64,000 nucleotides of DNA, from positions 45,559 through 109,558 of the forward strand of contig CAWDTC010000021.1 in assembly GCA_963805045.1 (NCBI GenBank), read 5' to 3'. Position numbers and translations under genes: made by a program. Source of the stretch: Candidatus Aminicenantes bacterium (GTDB lineage Bacteria > Acidobacteriota > Aminicenantia > Aminicenantales > Saccharicenantaceae). The number at the start of each line of letters is the position of its first letter. Position 1 is the stretch's first letter. Positions 62,999 to 64,000 of this stretch are shown one piece after another. The notes below the pieces were generated by a model. That model was not told the origin of the DNA. It saw only the letters and a list, made by a program, of their open reading frames with translations, and made no database searches.

Positions 62999-64000
62999 AT
63001 GGCACGCAAGATCACCATCGAACCCGTCACGCGGGTCGAGGGCCACGGCAAGGTCACCATCCACCTCGACGACCAGGGCAAGGTCACCCAGTCCCGGCTC
63101 CACATCGTCGAGTTCCGCGGCTTCGAGCGGTTCGTCCAGGGCCGCCCCTACTGGGAGGTGCCGGTCCTGGTCCAGCGGCTGTGCGGCATCTGCCCGGTCA
63201 GCCACCACCTGGCCGCGGCCAAGGCCATGGACGTGGTCGTCGGCGCCGGCCCCGGGACGCCTGCACGCCGACGGCCGAGAAGATGCGCCGGCTCATGCAC
63301 TACGGCCAGATCTTCCAGTCCCACGCCCTGCACTTCTTCCACCTCGCCTCGCCCGACCTGCTCTTCGGCATGGACGCCGACCCGGCCATCCGGAACGTCA
63401 TCGGCGTCGTCGCCGAGAACCGGGACCTGGCCGTCCAGGGCGTGCTGATGCGCAAGTTCGGCCAGGAGGTCATCCAGGCCACGGCCGGCAAGAAGATCCA
63501 CGGCACGGGCGCCATGCCCGGCGGGATCAACAAGAACCTGACGCCGGAGGAGCGGGACGCGCTTCCTCAAGGGCCCGGCCCCGCTCAACATCGACCAGAT
63601 GATCGCCTGGTCCCAGGCCGCCCTCGATTTCTTCAAGGACTACCACCGGAAGAACAAGGAGGTCATCGACGGCTTCGCCGTCTTCCCCTCGAACCACCTC
63701 AGCCTGGTCCGCAAGGACGGCGCCCTGGACTTCTACCACGGCGTCCTGCGGGCCGTCGACGCCGACGGGCACAAGATCCTCGACGACGTGGACTACCAGG
63801 ACTATCTCGAGTACATCGGCGAGGAGGTCCGGTCCTGGAGCTACATGAAGTTCCCCTACCTCCGGTCGCTCGGCAAGGCCGACGGCTGGTACCGGGTCGG
63901 CCCGCTGGCGCGGCTCAACACCTGCGACTTCATCCCCTCGCCCCTGGCCCAGAAGGAGTTCGAGGCCTACAAGGCCTACACGGACGGCAAGCCCAACAAC
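62999..64000 (+). CDS. hoxH: [NiFe] hydrogenase large subunit, group 3d (HoxH-type), 3' partial, with at least 1 frame break near 63255
   Basis: MARKITIEPVTRVEGHGKVTIHLD..RLCGICPVSHHLAAAKA (N-terminal Ni-Fe ligand motif). It continues as ..EKMRRLMHYGQIFQSHALHFFHL.. to the window end. Confidence 0.85.

Overview
This is a high-GC (high 60s % by eye) bacterial chromosomal segment with no rRNA genes and no CRISPR array. The gene content (many secreted hydrolases, a CarboxypepD_reg-type TonB receptor, a tricorn-like protease) is loosely Acidobacteriota-like or similar to other uncultured lineages, but I cannot verify that. I count about 55 protein genes and 4 tRNAs.

Gene content, left to right:
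- A tricorn-like protease, a beta-lactamase-family hydrolase, and a small lower-GC patch next to tRNA-Asp.
- czcD, htpX, lemA, a secreted ADP-ribosylglycohydrolase-family protein and a sialate O-acetylesterase.
- A mitochondrial-type citrate synthase, then pruA, hom, a MetY-like PLP enzyme, a tungsten-type aldehyde:ferredoxin oxidoreductase, murA, a HIT protein and murB.
- ligA, a J-domain/TPR protein, NAD synthetase, rsmI and hsp20.
- A clean housekeeping run: comF, a dksA-like gene, rlmH, rsfS, nadD, obg, rpmA, rplU.
- tRNA-Val and a TonB-dependent receptor.
- A five-gene redox cluster (NuoE-like, NuoF-like and NuoG-like genes followed by nfnA and nfnB).
- An island of about 8.6 kb with visibly lower GC (about 50%). 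It carries a decayed IS3-family relic, a glutamate dehydrogenase, two tandem PEP/pyruvate-binding (PPDK_N) ATP-grasp paralogues (the second has a sensor-like N-terminus and a nucleotidyltransferase C-terminus) and a metallophosphoesterase.
- tRNA-Glu and tRNA-Lys, a lipoprotein, and a hoxFUYH NAD-linked [NiFe] hydrogenase operon that runs off the right edge.

Two window-wide points:
- Roughly 60 single-base reading-frame breaks interrupt about 30 genes, including essential ones (murA, murB, ligA, nadE). Many sit in homopolymer runs, so I treat them as probable assembly or indel errors and annotate whole genes across the breaks.
- An exact 22-bp direct repeat anchored on the 3' end of tRNA-Lys brackets 16.5 kb that contains the redox cluster and the low-GC island.

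All function calls come from reading the translations against remembered family motifs. No searches were run.
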